Part shown: one piece after another, positions 19,363 to 28,324 of the stretch
How positions within the stretch are numbered: position 1 is the first letter of the stretch
Layout of the letters: each line of letters begins with the position of its first letter
Virus record (IMG/VR): IMGVR_UViG_3300020054_000866
Span: 32,001-96,000 of that record
Origin: a virus
Length of the DNA stretch: 64,000 nt
Strand: one strand, 5' to 3'
Program-made: the position numbers and the translations under genes
Notes under the pieces: model-generated
The model's database searches: none
The model's input: only the letters and a program-made list of their open reading frames with translations
Told to the model about the DNA's origin: nothing

Positions 19363-21159
19363 GTGGCAGTTCAGGTAGAACTAAGTCAAGACGGCTCCTC
19401 AATTCACATTCATGCTGAGTGGCGATACAAAGAGCTATGTAAGAGCATCCCCGGCGCGTCGTGGGCTGCAAAAGATGGTGTTTGGAAGGTTCCTACAAGT
19501 TGGGCCTCGTGCTTGGCACTGCGATCTGTCTTTCGCGAAGAACTTGAGATCGGTAGCAGACTAACAGACTGGGCAGTCAATGAGCGCACGTCACGAGTAG
19601 ACCCGTGTAATTCACTCCGTGAGCTCGAGGCACTTCCAGACGGCGACGGCTACAATGAAGATCTGTTCCCGCACCAGCGCGCTGGAGTCGAGTTTCTCGC
19701 TGCTGCACGTCGCGCGCTTCTCGCCGATGAGCCGGGGCTAGGAAAAACAGCACAGGCTATTCGAGGATTAAAGAAAATCCAAGATCTCGGTGATGAGGTA
19801 TTCCCGGCTCTCATCGTTTGCCCGAACACCGTCAAGAAAACTTGGAAACGCGAGTTTTCTCTTTGGTGGCCAGAGGTAAACGTTCAGGTTATCGCCGGGT
19901 CTGCGGCTCAGAGACGCAAGCAGTTTGAAGAAGAAGCAGACGTCTACGTGATCAACTGGGAATCTCTTCGAGCGCACTCAAGGCTTGCGCCATACGGGTC
20001 TGTTGCGCTTGCTCGATGCGTTGAGTGCGGGGGTCACGACGACAAAGTCAGTGAGACTCGTTGCGAGGTCCACCAACGTGAGCTAAATCAGATTGATTTC
20101 AAGGCGGTTGTAGCCGACGAGATCCACAGATCGAAGGACCCAAAGAGCAAGCAGACGCGTGCGCTATGGTCTGCGACTGGCGAGGCCGACATTAGATTCG
20201 CGATGACTGGCACTCCAATCGCTAATGACGTTCTTGATTTTTGGCCGATTCTGCATTGGATTTCCCCCGAGGAGTGGCCGAGCAAGACTAGGTGGATCGA
20301 CAGAATGGTCGACATCATGCTCAACGCATTTGGTGGCATGATGGTTCTTGGCGTAAAGCCGCACATGCGCGATGAGTTCTACGCCGCAATCAACCCGAGG
20401 ATGCGTAGGATGCTTAAAGAGCGCGTGCTCCCATGGCTCCCGCCCGTAATCATGGACAGACGCGATGTCGAGATGTCGGCTAAGCAACGAAAAGCGTACA
20501 CTCAGATGCAGGAAGTAATGATCGCCGAACTGGAGCACGGCGATGCTATTACTGCGCCAAGTCCGTTGACACAGACACTTCGTCTACTTCAATTTGCAAG
20601 CTCTTTTGCGGAGATAGACGTAGACGAAATGACTGGAGAAATCCAAGTAAAGCTCGCTGAGCCATCGTGCAAGGTCGACGCGTTGATGGACGATATACAG
20701 AACGGAGACTTTGGAGATGACTCAGTTGCCGTCTGCGCTGTTTCTAGGCAGCTAATTGAACTGCTGAGCGCGCGCCTAGAAAAAGCCAAAATTCCTCACG
20801 GGCTAATCACAGGCGCACAGGACGAAGACGAGCGTCAGCAGGCAATTGATGATTTCCAAGAAGGAAGAATCAAGTGGATTCTCTTCACCGCGCAGGCGGG
20901 TGGCGTTGGAGTGACGTTGACTGCTGCTCGGCGGCTTATCATGCTTCAGCGCCCGTGGTCACTTGTCGACTACAAACAGGCACTAGACAGAGTTCATCGC
21001 ATCGGGTCAGAGATTCACGACTCTATTTTGATCACGGACTACGTTACCGAGGGCACTATTGAGGAGAGAGTCATTGACGTGCTGGACGTAAAATCTGAGA
21101 ACTTTGAAGAAGTCGTTCAAGATAAAGCAAAGCTTCTCAAGATGCTAAAGGGAGAGTGA
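19363..21159 (+). CDS. SNF2-family (SF2) helicase
   Basis: LFPHQ..GV, LLADEPGLGKT, DEIH, MTGTP, GG.G.TLT.A, QA.DR.HRIG. Confidence 0.92.
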   Translation: MAVQVELSQDGSSIHIHAEWRYKELCKSIPGASWAAKDGVWKVPTSWASCLALRSVFREELEIGSRLTDWAVNERTSRVDPCNSLRELEALPDGDGYNEDLFPHQRAGVEFLAAARRALLADEPGLGKTAQAIRGLKKIQDLGDEVFPALIVCPNTVKKTWKREFSLWWPEVNVQVIAGSAAQRRKQFEEEADVYVINWESLRAHSRLAPYGSVALARCVECGGHDDKVSETRCEVHQRELNQIDFKAVVADEIHRSKDPKSKQTRALWSATGEADIRFAMTGTPIANDVLDFWPILHWISPEEWPSKTRWIDRMVDIMLNAFGGMMVLGVKPHMRDEFYAAINPRMRRMLKERVLPWLPPVIMDRRDVEMSAKQRKAYTQMQEVMIAELEHGDAITAPSPLTQTLRLLQFASSFAEIDVDEMTGEIQVKLAEPSCKVDALMDDIQNGDFGDDSVAVCAVSRQLIELLSARLEKAKIPHGLITGAQDEDERQQAIDDFQEGRIKWILFTAQAGGVGVTLTAARRLIMLQRPWSLVDYKQALDRVHRIGSEIHDSILITDYVTEGTIEERVIDVLDVKSENFEEVVQDKAKLLKMLKGE

Positions 21160-21160
21160 C

Positions 21161-22111
21161 ATGACAGTTCTAGAGACTCCGGTAGAAATCAAGCCAATAC
21201 GCATATCCAACTCCGAGATTCAAACGTTTAAAGACTGTAGAAGAAAGTGGTGGCTAAGCTACTATAGAAGACTTCAGCCACGTGCACAAAAATACACTGG
21301 CCCACTGGCGCTCGGCACCAGGGTCCATGCGGCTCTAGACGAGTACTACTCGCAAGGAGTACCGCTTCTTGAGTCGTACGCAAAGTACGTCGAGATCGAC
21401 AAGCAAGCGCTCATTGACTCGTTTAGGGACACAGTTGAACTTGACACTGAAGCCGAACTCGGCAGAATCATGCTTGAGGGCTACCTCGAGTGGGTAGAGG
21501 AAAACGGAATTGACGCAGAACTAGAGATGATCTCGACTGAGGAGATCATCAGCATGCCACTCTTCGATGGCAGAGTCGAGTTGCAGGGAAAACTTGACAT
21601 GCGAGTCCGCAGAAAGGCGGACGGTGTTCGACTGTTTAGAGACTTCAAGACAGTCGGTGGCTCGTTTGCAGAGTTCGCCAGTCTTGCTCACATGAATGAG
21701 CAGATTCTTACGTACATGCTTCTTGAAGCGTATCAGAACAAAGATGGCGAGCGCTGCGACGGTGGCATCTTTACGATGCTCAAGAAGGTGAAAAGAACTG
21801 CTAATGCAAAGCCTCCGTTCTACGATCAGATAGAGGTTCGGCATAATCAGTTTACGCTAAGAACTTTTTGGAATCGCATACACGGAGTAATTCAAGACAT
21901 GCTTCGAGTACGTGACGCTCTTGACGAAGGCTCTGACCCGCACTACGTTGCGTACCCGAGCCCCAGCCGAGATTGCAAGTGGAAATGTCAGTTTTTCGCT
22001 GTGTGCCCGCTGTTTGACGACGGTAGCGCAGCAGAGCAAGCACTTGAGGAGCTTTTCATTACAGATGACCCGTACAGCTATTATCAGACAAATGAGCCGA
22101 AAGGTAACTAA
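21161..22111 (+). CDS. Cas4/RecB-like PD-(D/E)XK exonuclease
   Basis: IS.S....F..C.R.W, G...H.AL, GKLD, DFKT, Q...Y, C-terminal C.W.C.F...C. Confidence 0.85.
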   Translation: MTVLETPVEIKPIRISNSEIQTFKDCRRKWWLSYYRRLQPRAQKYTGPLALGTRVHAALDEYYSQGVPLLESYAKYVEIDKQALIDSFRDTVELDTEAELGRIMLEGYLEWVEENGIDAELEMISTEEIISMPLFDGRVELQGKLDMRVRRKADGVRLFRDFKTVGGSFAEFASLAHMNEQILTYMLLEAYQNKDGERCDGGIFTMLKKVKRTANAKPPFYDQIEVRHNQFTLRTFWNRIHGVIQDMLRVRDALDEGSDPHYVAYPSPSRDCKWKCQFFAVCPLFDDGSAAEQALEELFITDDPYSYYQTNEPKGN

Positions 22112-22114
22112 CAC

Positions 22115-22864
22115 ATGAGTGGTATTCAACGGTCGTTGACCATTATGGTCTACGGCGAGTCAAAGGTCGGAAAGTCGACATTCGCAGTGACAGCACCGTA
22201 CCCGCGTCTCATGCTCGACGTGGAGGGCGGACACAGATTCCTCCCGATCAACGTAAAGTACTGGGACCCGATGCGCGAGGAGCCTCCTGTAGCAGATGGA
22301 AGCTGGGACACGTGCGTTGTCAACGTGACCGAGTACGACACTGTTCTCAAGGCGTACCAGTGGCTGCAGCTCGGTAAGCATCAGTTCAAGTCGCTGATCA
22401 TCGACTCGATCTCAGAGCTCCAGGTAAAGTGCGTCGACAGCATTGCTGGAAAGAATCAAATGCAGATGCAACAGTGGGGCGAGCTTCTTCGTCACATGGG
22501 CGGTCTGCTTCGAGATCTCCGCGATCTTACGATGCACCCAGTCGCGCCTCTGGAGGCGATCGTACTTACCGCGATGGCAAGAATGGGTCAAGACGGTCGC
22601 TATCGTCCGTACCTCCAGGGGCAGCTTGCCATTCAGGCACCGTACTTCTACGACATTCTCGGCGCGGTTACCGTCGAGACATTCCCAAATCCTGACCCAA
22701 CGCAGCCGCCAATCAAGGCGCGTCAAATGTACGTCGAGCGTACTAGCGACTACGAGGCAGGCGAGCGTGTTCAGGGACGACTTGGTAAAGTCGTCGATCA
22801 ACAGAATCTCAGCGTCGAGTCGATGCTGGACATTGTCTTCGGCCCTCGGCCGAGTGAAAGCTAA
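22115..22864 (+). CDS. Sak4-like AAA ATPase / single-strand annealing recombinase
   Basis: VYGESKVGKST, LD.EGG, IIDSISE; lies between the nuclease and SSB as usual for Sak4. Confidence 0.8.
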   Translation: MSGIQRSLTIMVYGESKVGKSTFAVTAPYPRLMLDVEGGHRFLPINVKYWDPMREEPPVADGSWDTCVVNVTEYDTVLKAYQWLQLGKHQFKSLIIDSISELQVKCVDSIAGKNQMQMQQWGELLRHMGGLLRDLRDLTMHPVAPLEAIVLTAMARMGQDGRYRPYLQGQLAIQAPYFYDILGAVTVETFPNPDPTQPPIKARQMYVERTSDYEAGERVQGRLGKVVDQQNLSVESMLDIVFGPRPSES

Positions 22865-22889
22865 CAACAACAACAACACCAAAGGATAG

Positions 22890-23495
22890 GTGATAGACAT
22901 GACTAGCCTCAACTGGGGTGACCTCATCAGCGAAGCAGGGGATGTTGGCTACGAGCCACTTCCCGACGGCGACTACGATCTCAAGATCGTGGAGGCAAAC
23001 GCCAAGGTGACTCAGACTGGAAAGACGATGTTCGCAGTCAAGGCGCAGGTTACGACTGGCGCCCACGCGAAGCGTCTCGTCTGGGACAATCTCGTCGTTT
23101 CGACCGACAACCCGAACGCTCTCGCGATCTTCTTCAGGAAGATGGGAGCTCTCGGTCTCGGTCGTGACTTCTTCTCAACCAACCCGAGCAACGCTCAGAT
23201 CGAGCAGGCGCTTGTAGATCGCCCGTTCCGCGGGCAGGTTGGCAGCCGCACTTGGCAGGGCCAGAAGAAGAACGAGATCAAGGCGTACTACTCGGCCAAT
23301 CCGGCGAACGCCGTTGCCGCGTCTGCCCCTCCCGCCGCAGCTGCGGCCCCTCCCGCTGCTGCGCCAGCGCCGCCCACGGCGCCGGCTCCGGCTCCGGCCG
23401 CGCCGGTCGCTGCGCCAGAGGCCGCGCCTGTTGCGGAAGCAGCGCCCGCTGCTGCTGAGGCAGCCCCCTCAGCGCCGCCTGCTGCGCCGTTCTGA
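22890..23495 (+). CDS. Single-stranded DNA-binding protein (DUF669-like)
   Basis: EPLPDGDY...I..A, GK.M, N.IK; Ala/Pro-rich tail ending PF. Confidence 0.75.
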   Translation: MIDMTSLNWGDLISEAGDVGYEPLPDGDYDLKIVEANAKVTQTGKTMFAVKAQVTTGAHAKRLVWDNLVVSTDNPNALAIFFRKMGALGLGRDFFSTNPSNAQIEQALVDRPFRGQVGSRTWQGQKKNEIKAYYSANPANAVAASAPPAAAAAPPAAAPAPPTAPAPAPAAPVAAPEAAPVAEAAPAAAEAAPSAPPAAPF

Positions 23496-23500
23496 TAGCT

Positions 23501-23560
23501 GTAGGTGAGTCGCCCGCTCCGTCTTCAGGGGCGGGCGGCTAGCCTGCAATTTCTTTTCTA
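23501..23560 (+). terminator. Intrinsic terminator after SSB
   Basis: GC-rich hairpin AGTCGCCCGCTCC / GGGGCGGGCGGCT followed by ATTTCTTTTCT. Confidence 0.65.
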
Positions 23561-23569
23561 AGGACACAA

Positions 23570-24772
23570 ATGCGTATTCTAATGACAGGTTTTACCGCTC
23601 TGCAAATAAACACAGAGCGTAGAACGATCAAGAAGATCGACGTGCCAGCGTCTATTGCCGAAGCACTCGAGTCTCGAGGGCACTCTGTCGACTGGAGAAG
23701 AGTGACTCCCGGGGAAGATCTCTCATCATACGACGTCGCCTGGGTAAACCTTGCGCCGCTAAACTCGCTGAACGGTCGCCAGGGCGCGATGGGTGCGCTG
23801 TACACGCTCTCCTCTGGTCTGCCCGCCGTTGGATTCTTCGATGACTGGCAATTCGCCGCAGTGTTTAACGCGTCACGAGCGTTGAAGCGACATCCAGAGC
23901 TTCTGTATAAGTATCTATTGTCTGGGCCGAGAGGCGATGAGCCGGCGACGTACTACTCGTATGATGACGCGAAGGCAGCACTTGATCGCGTCGCGGCGAA
24001 GAACCCTGAGGACGCAGCGAAATGCGGTCTTGGGCGGTACTTCTTCAATGACACTGACGAGAACATCAAGCTTTACGAAAACCAACTTGTCGCTGCTGGA
24101 GAGTCTATGCTCGCTGAGCGCTGGGCAGCAGGCCTTGTTCCGGCGTGCCCAATGTACGCGTTTGGTGATAGGCAGCTCGTAAGAAAGCGAATGCCTAAGG
24201 AAATGAATGGCATAGAAGCGCTCGACCCGAGCTCGACTATCTATAACATCCTAGCGAGCAGCGAGCCGCTGCCACCGGAGAGCAAGCAGAGATCGTGGGT
24301 TCTCGGCGCGCTGATGCCGCACGATACGTGGCTAGAAAAGAAGAAGCCCGAGTGGCCGGTAGAAATCATCGGAAGCAGAAAGCTTATTAAGAAGTTCGGC
24401 GGGCAGCGTCTTGACACGGAAGAAGACGTTCTAGCGTTCTACAACAATCACTGGGGGATTCTGTCTCCGCCGTATCCACACGCTGGCAGCGGTTGGTGGA
24501 GAAGCAGATTTATGTACGCCGCTCGAGTTAGGTCTATTCTTGTAGTAGATAAAGGCGAAGGCGACCCTATCGGTGACGCGTACAAAATCACAATCAAACA
24601 AGTCGAGAGTATGAGCGACGCTGAGCTCGAGGAAACTGCCAGAGCGCAGGCCGAGTCTCTTCGCCCGTACATGCCAAGCTACGATTCTTTTGTAGATCAC
24701 TGCGAAAGAATTGTTCTTAGGGCGATCAACGAAGACAAAGGTTTGAAGATACACCCAGACGGAAGTAGATGA
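23570..24772 (+). CDS. GT-B DNA glycosyltransferase, T4 beta-glucosyltransferase-like (copy 1)
   Basis: MRILMTG, DLSSYDVAWVN...N..NG, GFFDDWQ (aligns by eye with BGT YLFTDIR), VEIIGS, W.RSR...A....LVVD, Q...L C-terminal helix. Confidence 0.6.
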   Translation: MRILMTGFTALQINTERRTIKKIDVPASIAEALESRGHSVDWRRVTPGEDLSSYDVAWVNLAPLNSLNGRQGAMGALYTLSSGLPAVGFFDDWQFAAVFNASRALKRHPELLYKYLLSGPRGDEPATYYSYDDAKAALDRVAAKNPEDAAKCGLGRYFFNDTDENIKLYENQLVAAGESMLAERWAAGLVPACPMYAFGDRQLVRKRMPKEMNGIEALDPSSTIYNILASSEPLPPESKQRSWVLGALMPHDTWLEKKKPEWPVEIIGSRKLIKKFGGQRLDTEEDVLAFYNNHWGILSPPYPHAGSGWWRSRFMYAARVRSILVVDKGEGDPIGDAYKITIKQVESMSDAELEETARAQAESLRPYMPSYDSFVDHCERIVLRAINEDKGLKIHPDGSR

Positions 24773-25794
24773 TGAAAAACATCGCGGTGACTGGGATGAC
24801 AGCATCTCAGTACTCAAGATCGCGCAATTCATCGTCACTAAGCTTTGTCGCCTGTCTAAGCGACGCTGCTACCATGTATGGAGACGACGTCCGTGTTTCG
24901 TGGATAAAGCCGTCTGTCTCTCACGCGCAAAGCGACTTTGAAGAATACGATGCGATACTTGTCGGTCTTTCTCCTCTTCTAAGTCTTGCTTCTCACTGCG
25001 CGTACGGCGTTCTTAATGTCGTCGGCATGCTAAAGGGCGATCAACGACTGCACTTCTATATTGACGCTCCTGACCCGGCAAAGATACGTCAAAGTCTGAG
25101 CGCGATTGTAAAGACGCCAGAGTCGTTGAAAAAGCCGATCTATAAGAATAGAAACGAGTACTCTAAAGTTTCTGGCTCAAGTGAGATTGTAGACAGGCTC
25201 GCTGAGTCTGCTGAGTATCTGTATTCAGACAAAAACTACAGAGTGCTGTACCCAGCGTTCTCGTTCACAGACGACGTTCACGTATCAAGAAAGTTGTTCG
25301 GGGAGGACTCGCTGAGAATGGTTCCGTTCAACTTCGATGCTCTATACACGAGGCAGGAAGTTGACGCAGTAATTTCAGCGGAGAAAAGCAAGCTATGGCT
25401 TGTAGAAAATCACAAGACGCGCTGGTTTGAGAGAATGAAAAATCTTCTTTCATATGACTGGGAACCGGTCAAAATTAAAAGAATGCAGCCGGACACCGTG
25501 TCACTAGACAGAATTTGCAGATCCACGGGAACAATCATATGCCCGCAAAACGACTCAATTACGTGGTGGACGTACAGATTAGTGCAATCTTTAGCAGCTC
25601 TAGTCCCGGTTTGTACAGAATGGCGAGATACAATCTCTATCGGGCAGTCATGGTCTGCCATACCGCAGGCCGTCGAGTCGATGAGCATAGCGGAGAGATA
25701 CTCTCTAGCATTAGAACAACTGGAGCAATACTCTCTATCTATTAGAGACGCAGAGACAGAGACATCTAGACTATTTAAGGAGCTTTCACTCTAA
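24769..25794 (+). CDS. GT-B DNA glycosyltransferase-like (copy 2, paralogue)
   Basis: IAVTGMTA.Q, DFEEYDAILVGL.PL.SL, FYIDAP, WW.YR..Q; colinear with copy 1; ATGA overlap. Confidence 0.55.
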   Translation: MMKNIAVTGMTASQYSRSRNSSSLSFVACLSDAATMYGDDVRVSWIKPSVSHAQSDFEEYDAILVGLSPLLSLASHCAYGVLNVVGMLKGDQRLHFYIDAPDPAKIRQSLSAIVKTPESLKKPIYKNRNEYSKVSGSSEIVDRLAESAEYLYSDKNYRVLYPAFSFTDDVHVSRKLFGEDSLRMVPFNFDALYTRQEVDAVISAEKSKLWLVENHKTRWFERMKNLLSYDWEPVKIKRMQPDTVSLDRICRSTGTIICPQNDSITWWTYRLVQSLAALVPVCTEWRDTISIGQSWSAIPQAVESMSIAERYSLALEQLEQYSLSIRDAETETSRLFKELSL

Positions 25795-26267
25795 TGAACA
25801 TTCTATTTAATCAGTGGCTTGAAAAGACAAAGAAGCTTCAATCAGAAGTCTACGGTGTAGATTACTCCGTGTTTCATAGCGACAGCCCAGAAGATCTTCG
25901 AGCGCTTATCGAGTACATCCGCTGGAACATGCTTGCTATTGATGACGAGCTCTCGGAGGTTCGCAAGGCGATTTCTTGGAAGCCTTGGCAGCACGACGAG
26001 CCGTACGCTGATCGCCGCGAGATTCTCAAGGAATGCGTAGACGTTCTTCATTTTGTCGCTAACATTCTCTGCGCCGCTGGTGCACTTGATGAAGATCTTG
26101 ATTCTGAGTACATCGCAAAGATGCAAATCAACGCGAATAGACAGAAGGCCGGGTACAGAGTTCTTGATGACGGCATGAAGTGCAAACTGTGCGCGCGTGC
26201 CTTAGACGACTACGACACCTCCTCGTGTAAGGAAGACGGGTGCCCGCAGCGTCATGGAGTCGTCTGA
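25794..26267 (+). CDS. All-alpha dimeric dUTPase/dCTPase (MazG superfamily) with C-terminal Cys knuckle
   Basis: DEL.E....SWKPW...E.VD.LHF...Y..K...N..RQ; CxxC...C...C tail. Confidence 0.8.
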   Translation: MNILFNQWLEKTKKLQSEVYGVDYSVFHSDSPEDLRALIEYIRWNMLAIDDELSEVRKAISWKPWQHDEPYADRREILKECVDVLHFVANILCAAGALDEDLDSEYIAKMQINANRQKAGYRVLDDGMKCKLCARALDDYDTSSCKEDGCPQRHGVV

Positions 26268-26499
26268 GTTCGCGTGGGTTGATGTTTCAGCCCAGACAAT
26301 CAAGCAAGGTGACGTACTGCGAGTAAAGCTCGATGCGTACACGACTTCTGCTGGAAAAATGCACAACGGGCGGCTAGTTCGAGTAAGAGAAGTAAAAGAC
26401 GGAGACGTAAGAGTACACACTATTGACTTAAAGACACCACATATCAACGACGCGAGGCACGCGCCTCATCGTCTTGAACGGAAGGTAAGCGTTTTATGA
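26254..26499 (+). CDS. Small SH3/KOW-like hypothetical protein
   Basis: GDVLRVK.DAY....G..HNGR...V..V.DG.V.V. Confidence 0.55.
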   Translation: MESSEFAWVDVSAQTIKQGDVLRVKLDAYTTSAGKMHNGRLVRVREVKDGDVRVHTIDLKTPHINDARHAPHRLERKVSVL

Positions 26500-26690
26500 G
26501 AGCAATAGTAAGATTTACAGCCGTCGGTAGTGACATCGAAGAGCTGCTATCAAAACTTAGAGAAGAATGGGCGTCGCTGTCAAATGGAAAAGACTTCCCA
26601 AGAGACAGCTCGATTGACATAGACAAGTTAGAAGAAACTGACGAAAAATACAGGGCCGTGTGCACCGCTCGAGTTAATATAGAAACCTGA
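26496..26690 (+). CDS. Hypothetical protein
   Basis: ATGA overlap; fills the operon gap. Confidence 0.55.
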   Translation: MRAIVRFTAVGSDIEELLSKLREEWASLSNGKDFPRDSSIDIDKLEETDEKYRAVCTARVNIET

Positions 26691-26695
26691 GGAAA

Positions 26696-27004
26696 ATGAC
26701 AAAAAAGATTGAAACCACGAGCGAGTCTCCAAGAGAGAAGATGCTTTCGGAGGCAGCAAAAATTATCTCTGGAGAGCGTGATCTTCAGTACGGCGGACCG
26801 GAAGACAATTTCCAAAGAATCGCGTCGCTATGGTCAGTCATTTTTGACAGAGACTTCAGCAAAGAAGATGTCGCAATGGCAATGATCGCAGTAAAACTCG
26901 CGCGATTTTCTTCCAACTACGGATTTCAACCAGACACCTGGACGGACATCGCGGGGTACGCGGCGTGCGGTTACGAGGTCGGGTTGATCGACTCAGGAGA
27001 GTGA
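26696..27004 (+). CDS. DUF6378-like phage protein
   Basis: L.EA..I..G.R...YG.PEDNF.RIA.LWS...DVA..M...K.AR...D.W.DIAGYAA. Confidence 0.75.
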   Translation: MTKKIETTSESPREKMLSEAAKIISGERDLQYGGPEDNFQRIASLWSVIFDRDFSKEDVAMAMIAVKLARFSSNYGFQPDTWTDIAGYAACGYEVGLIDSGE

Positions 27005-27005
27005 C

Positions 27006-28253
27006 ATGAGCACGAAAAAGTTTATCGACTGCAACGGCCTCGCTGGCTTCATGAGCCTTGGCTTTGTAAACTCCGGAATGGAGATGCTGGCAAGGACTGG
27101 GACGTTGAACTTCGGTAATCCAGTTGCAGAAGTGAATAGACATCATCTCGGCAACTCGTGGAACTCGTCATTCTCCGATGATCCGAGCGACTGGCCTGAT
27201 ATGGAAGCAGACATTGTTCTCGGCTGCCCGCCGTGCTCTGGATGGTCTCTATGGTCTGGCCCGGCAAACCGCGGGCCTGATGCTAAGGCTCACGAGCATA
27301 CTCGCGCGTTCATGAGATACGCAGCTCGCATCAAGCCGAAGATGATTGTCTTTGAATGTGTGCAGCAAGCGTACACTCAAGGACGACCAATGATGAATCA
27401 GTATCGTCAAATGGTAGAGGATCTCTCAGGCAAGCAGTACGATCTCTATCACGTCAAGCACAACAATCTCCAGGTCGGCGGATTCTCATATCGCATGCGG
27501 TACTTCTGGGTTGCTGTTGAAAAAGGCATGCCGTTTGGCGCTCACGCTGAGACGCCTAGCGAGATGCCTAGAATGATAGACGTAATTGGTGACCTCGAGC
27601 ACTGCGAGATCACGTGGGACCGACAGGCGTACTCCAACGACGGGTCGAAGTACGTTGCCGATCTCAGAAACCAAGACGGTACTGTTGACGGTCACATGAA
27701 CAAGACAAATCTCGAGTCGCAGAGAATTCAAGAAATCTTTGACATCATCGGCAACGATGGTTGGAAGCCGATGAAGCAGATGAACGAGGCTCTTAAGCTC
27801 GCCGTCGAGATGAACGGAGGGTACTTTCCACAGAGCTGGAGCAACAAAGAAGACAAGATTCGCGCCAATGACTTCTACATGGGGTTCTCACTCCCAGCAA
27901 GATGGGACGCTGAATCTTTCTGCCACGTGCTCACCGGTAGCGCGCTCGATCACGTCGTGCACCCAACGCAGCCGAGAAGAATCACTCACAGGGAGGCGGC
28001 AAGAATTCAAGGCCTTCCCGATGATTGGGAAATCGTCGCCGCGAAGGACTACACCCCGCAGAGCGCGACTTGGGGCAAGGCAGTGGCGGTGCAGGCGGCT
28101 AACTGGATCGGAGAGGCCTGCTCAGCGGCCTTAGACGGCCAGCCAAACGGTCCACAGGGTGAATTGATTGGTGATCGCGAATACCTTCTCGACACTGACA
28201 AGGGCTTTAGTAGAAACTTCGTCAAGAAGAACTTCTACCAGCGAGAAGACTAA
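27006..28253 (+). CDS. Atypical C5-cytosine DNA methyltransferase homologue
   Basis: Motif IV G.PPC.G.S (C77), motif VI FECV, motif VIII R.R.F.VA, motif IX HP...R.IT.REAARIQG.PDDW, motif X WGKAV; motif I altered to DCNGLAG. Confidence 0.85.
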   Translation: MSTKKFIDCNGLAGFMSLGFVNSGMEMLARTGTLNFGNPVAEVNRHHLGNSWNSSFSDDPSDWPDMEADIVLGCPPCSGWSLWSGPANRGPDAKAHEHTRAFMRYAARIKPKMIVFECVQQAYTQGRPMMNQYRQMVEDLSGKQYDLYHVKHNNLQVGGFSYRMRYFWVAVEKGMPFGAHAETPSEMPRMIDVIGDLEHCEITWDRQAYSNDGSKYVADLRNQDGTVDGHMNKTNLESQRIQEIFDIIGNDGWKPMKQMNEALKLAVEMNGGYFPQSWSNKEDKIRANDFYMGFSLPARWDAESFCHVLTGSALDHVVHPTQPRRITHREAARIQGLPDDWEIVAAKDYTPQSATWGKAVAVQAANWIGEACSAALDGQPNGPQGELIGDREYLLDTDKGFSRNFVKKNFYQRED

Positions 28254-28324
28254 GTCGTTCTAAAGAAAGCGCCATTTGATATAGTGGCGGCAGACAGTAG
28301 CTGTCAACTAATACGGAGCGACGC

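Noticed and set aside
16678-21159. Inteins or introns in the polymerase and helicase
   Set aside because: Lengths are normal and no intein or homing endonuclease motifs were seen.
21161-22111. Cas4-like gene as evidence of CRISPR-Cas
   Set aside because: It is a solo nuclease in the usual helicase-nuclease-Sak4-SSB recombination block.
23310-23495. GC-rich low-complexity tract as a repeat element
   Set aside because: It simply encodes the Ala/Pro tail of the SSB.
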